This document shows positions 60,870-64,000 of a DNA stretch of 64,000 nt, piece after piece. The notes below the pieces were generated by a model that was not told the origin of the DNA, did not search any database, and worked only from the letters and a program-made list of their open reading frames with translations. Position numbers and translations under genes: made by a program. Every line of letters starts with the position of its first letter. Position 1 is the first letter of the stretch. This DNA comes from an uncultured Gemmatimonadaceae bacterium (GTDB lineage: Bacteria > Gemmatimonadota > Gemmatimonadetes > Longimicrobiales > Gaopeijiaceae): contig CAWBNF010000001.1 of the NCBI GenBank assembly GCA_963790115.1, forward strand, positions 3,446,436 through 3,510,435. The letters run 5' to 3'.

Positions 60870-61484
60870 GGCGGCGCGGAGCGTCATCGGCGCGCCCCCT
60901 CGTCCCGTCTCGGCCAGGACGGACTCGTAGGCGTCGGGCGTATCGATGTCGATCAGGACGCCCGGGTCGTCGACCTCGACCAGAAGCGCGTCCGCGAGGT
61001 GGCGGTGGACGACCGTCTGCGCGCCTCCCTCGAGCGATCGGGTCGCGGAGCTCCGCGAAGAGCGCTGGCCCGGAAGACGCGCCGGATGGCCGCGCTCTCC
61101 CTCGTGCGTCGGCAGCGTGAGCGGCGCGCCCGAGCCCGGGCCGCGTCCAGGAGCCGGCGCGACCGTGTCCGGCCGCGACCAGAGGGTGGTCGACCGGGAG
61201 GTAGGCGACGCCGTCGACCGACCCGTCGAGCGCGGCGAGCGCCGAGCGCGGAGCGAGGTGATCGGGCCCTCTCCCGGGGTCGGGGTTGAGCAGCACGACG
61301 CGCGCCGGCCGCGGCGGCCTCGTCGGCGAGGGCGTCGCTCGCCCTCGGCCACCACGACGAGCACGGGCTCGCAGCCGCCTCTCGCAGCGCCTCGACGGTG
61401 CGGCGCAGGAACGATCGCGCCCTCGATCGGCAGCAGCCCCTTGGGCCGGCCCATGCGCATCGACGCGCCGGCGCTCGGAATCAC
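60870..61484 (-). pseudogene. Second MocA/MobA-like nucleotidyltransferase, frameshifted
   Basis: GTG 61484 overlaps the fadB-like stop: VIPSAGASMRMGRPKGLLPIEG (ORF 60363..61484), LNPDPGRGP...AYLPVDHPLV (ORF 60034..61296), HEGERGHP...VDDPGVLIDIDTPDAY. The 3' end is approximate. Confidence 0.65.
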
Positions 61485-63738
61485 GCCGGCGAAGCGCGGC
61501 GCCCGGCGGAGGCGTGCCCGGCGGGATCAGGCATGGAGCGCCCGCCGGGAAAGGCCTCGTAGAAGGCGCGGTCGCTCGCGGCGAGCTCGGCGAGCAGCGC
61601 GGGCGGGCTCGAAGCGGTCGCCGTGCGCGGCCTGGAGCTCGCCTGGCGTTCTCGAGGAGCGCGCGCGCGTGGATGCGTGTCGGCGAAGCGGAGCAGTCCG
61701 CCCCGGAACGGCGGGAAGCCGGTGCCCATGATCATCGCCGAGATCGACGTCCGCGGCGGTGCGCACCACGCCCTCGCTCGAGCAGCGCGCGCCGCCTCGT
61801 TGATCATCGAGATCAAGAGCCGCTGGCGGATCTCGTGTCTCGTCCAGATCCCGTGGCCGGCGGAATGACGGAGCCGAGCTCGGTCGTAGATCGCGTCGTC
61901 GACGCCCTTCTCCCTGCCCTTCTCGTACCGGTAGAAGCCGAGCCCGCCCTTCTTGCCCAGGCGGTCCGTGCCGCCGAGCGCCACGAGGGCCGGCGAGGGA
62001 GCGAGGCGGTCCCCGAGCGCCTCGTGCAGCGCGGCGCCGGCGTGCGCGGAGACGTCGATTCCGACCTCGTCGATGAGGCGGAGCGGGCCCATCGGCATCC
62101 CGAACTCCTTGGCGACCTCGTCGATGCGCTCGATGCTGGCGCCGTCGCCCAGCAGGAAGCCGGCCTCGTTCAGGTAGGGCCCCAGGATCCGGTTCACCAG
62201 GAAGCCGGGGCCGTCCGCCGACGACGACCGGCACCTTCCCCAGGCGCGAGCGCGAAGGCGTAGACGGTCGCGACGGCCTCGTCGGAGGTCGCGGCTCCGC
62301 GCACGACCTCGACGAGCGGCATCCGGTGGACCGGATTGAAGAAGTGCATGCCGCAGAAGCGCTCGGGACGCGCGAGCGCCTCGGCCATCGCGTCGACGGA
62401 CAGCGACGACGTGTTCGTGGCGAGGATGCAGTGGCTCGCGACGTGGCGCTCCGTCTCGGCGAGCACCTGGCGCTTCACGTCCAGGCGCTCGACGACGGCC
62501 TCGACCACCAGGTCGGACGAGGCGATGCCGTGGTACTCGAGCCCGCCGCCGATGAGCTCCATCTTCTGGGCGGCCTCCCTGCGTGTCAGACGTCCGCGCT
62601 CTCGACCGCGATCGATCGAAGAGCGCGCGCGCGTGCTGCAGGCCCGCCGGTCACCGCGTCGTGCCGGATGTCCTTCATGTAGACGCGCACGCCTTTGTCG
62701 GCGGCGAGCTGCGCGATCCCGCCGCCCATGACCCCGGCGCCGAGCACGCCGAGCGCGTCGACCGGCCGGGGCGCGACGTCGGCGTTCGCGACGCCCGTGC
62801 CCTTCCGCGCCGCCTCCCGCATGTAGTAGACGTGCAGGAGGTTCTTGCACACCGGCGACACGATCGAGCTCGGCCGCCGCGTGCGCCTCGGCGGCCAGGC
62901 TGTCCTCGACGCTCCCGCCGAGGTGATCGTCCAGGATCTCCAGGATGCGCAGCGGGGCGGGATAGTGTCCGCCGGTGCTCGCGATGACCTTCCGGCGGGC
63001 GATGCCGAGGATCGACCTTGCGCGCCGGGCGCCGAGTCCTCGGACGCGGCGGAGCAGCGATCGAGCGGGCTCGTCGTGCCGCGTCGGGCTCGCGCCCCGC
63101 CAGGCCCTGGGCGAAGCTCCGGGCTCCTTCCTCGAACAGATCCGGCGGGCAGGACCTCGTCCGCGAGCCCGATCCGCTTCGCCTTGCGGGCGTTCGTGCT
63201 GCTGCCGCGTCAGCAGCATGTCGAGCGAAGCCTGGAGGCCCGACCCGTCGCGGCAGGCGCGTCGTGCCGCCCCACGCCGGGAGGATTCCGAGCATGACCT
63301 CCGGGAACTGGAAGGTCGTCTTCGGCGAGTCCGACGCGAGCCGGTAGTCGCAGGCGAGCGCGAGCTCGAGCCCGCCGCCGAGACAGGCCCCGTCGACCGC
63401 GGCGACCGTGGGCACGGCTGAGCGCGGCCACGTCGTCGAAGACGGCCTGGCCCAGGCGGATCTTCGCCTCGGCCTCCGCCGGATCCTCGATCCGGGCGAT
63501 GGCGTCGATGTCGGCGCCCGCGATGAACGAGCCCGTCTTGCCGCTCGCACATGACGAGCGCGCCGATGCGGCCTTCTCGCGCGGCGGCGCGCGCGCGGTC
63601 CAGCGCTTCGCCGAGCCGGCGCATCACGCGGCTCGCTGAAGCACGTTGAGCGGGCGGTCCGGGTCGTCGAAGGTGATCCAGCCGGTTCCGGCTGTCGTCG
63701 ACTCGGAACGAAGGGCTCAGCTCTGGAGAATCCGACAC
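61481..63738 (-). pseudogene. Fused enoyl-CoA hydratase / 3-hydroxyacyl-CoA dehydrogenase (FadB/FadJ type), many frameshifts
   Basis: The crotonase pieces are SFIAGADI and [24 protein letters not shown] (ORFs 62194..63738, 62675..63550). The dehydrogenase pieces are [14 protein letters not shown] (ORF 62586..62861) and PGFLVNRILGPYLNEA...GMPMGPLRLIDEVGIDV (ORF 61481..62197). Confidence 0.8.
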
Positions 63739-63802
63739 AAGCGTCAGGTCAGGTGCGGGTGCGGGAACGCCTCACAATACGCCTCATGACGCGCGAAAGG
63801 AA

Positions 63803-63832
63803 GCCGCCCGGGCGATTCCTCGCCCGGGCGGC
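63803..63832 (-). terminator. Hairpin downstream of the partial minus-strand CDS
   Basis: GCCGCCCGGGCG-ATTCCT-CGCCCGGGCGGC is a 12-bp perfect stem, followed on the minus strand by TTCCTTTC. It lies 35 nt after the TAA at 63867-69. Confidence 0.5.
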
Positions 63833-63866
63833 TCGCGTTCCGGCGGCGTCTTGCGGCGTCGGCCGA

Positions 63867-64000
63867 TTACAGGACCGGGCGCTCCTCGCGCGTTGCTCCG
63901 ATCGAGCTGCACCTCGATCGGGTCTCCTCGCGTCGACCGTGATCGGGACGTTCCAGTAGAGCTCCGTGTACGTCGGCGGTAACGGGCGTACACCCAGTAG
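63867..64000 (-). CDS. 3' end of an unidentified CDS running off the window (probably frameshifted)
   Basis: Minus-strand frames read GVRPLPPTYTELYWNVPITVDA, then GDPIEVQLDRSNA, and a TAA at 63867-69 is reachable after a further shift. There is too little sequence to name it. Confidence 0.3.
   Translation of the reverse strand, partial: TGCTPVTADVHGALLERPDHGRREETRSRCSSIGATREERPVL

Overview
This is a GC-rich bacterial chromosomal segment (third codon positions are almost all G/C). The gene content looks like a soil Gemmatimonadota/Acidobacteriota-type organism, but that is inference only. All coordinates were hand-counted, so allow a few nt of error.

Gene order, left to right:
- a form II CoxL-type molybdoenzyme cluster (coxL-coxM-coxD-coxE, with convergent coxG, a MocA-like gene and an XdhC-like gene)
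- dcp peptidase, an MscS channel, a GGCT-like gene and an MgtC/DUF4010 membrane protein
- a 17-gene tRNA array (11.3-14.4 kb)
- an ECF sigma / Ser-Thr kinase-TPR pair, a GAF-GGDEF cyclase, RidA and a MATE-like exporter
- a class III cyclase followed by thrC and thrB
- a Lys/Ala-rich histone-H1-like protein and an SprT-like protease
- tkt, leuS, two ABC exporters, a PAS protein operon, waaA, a rhodanese and a GHL-type hydrolase
- a complete his operon (hisG-D-C-H-A-B-F-IE) preceded by a His-rich leader peptide plus an intrinsic terminator
- an ArsR operon, uvrA, a GT2 glycosyltransferase, gyrA, a threonine dehydratase, a HAD hydrolase and a DsbA/VKOR pair
- a DUF402 gene, a split XdhC, a second MocA-like gene and a FadB/FadJ-type enzyme

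Roughly half of the genes, including the essential leuS, gyrA, uvrA and tkt, are interrupted by single-base frameshifts. Almost all shifts go in the same direction (one extra base). I read this as sequence error, not biology. Such genes are typed pseudogene, meaning frameshifted as sequenced.

The most unusual feature is non-coding. Three consecutive tRNA genes (Ser-GCT, Ser-GGA, Pro-CGG) are each followed by two tandem 115-190 nt structured units. Each unit ends in a copy of its own tRNA's 3' end and carries a T-arm split inside the T-loop.

I recognised no CRISPR array, IS element, integrase or prophage genes.
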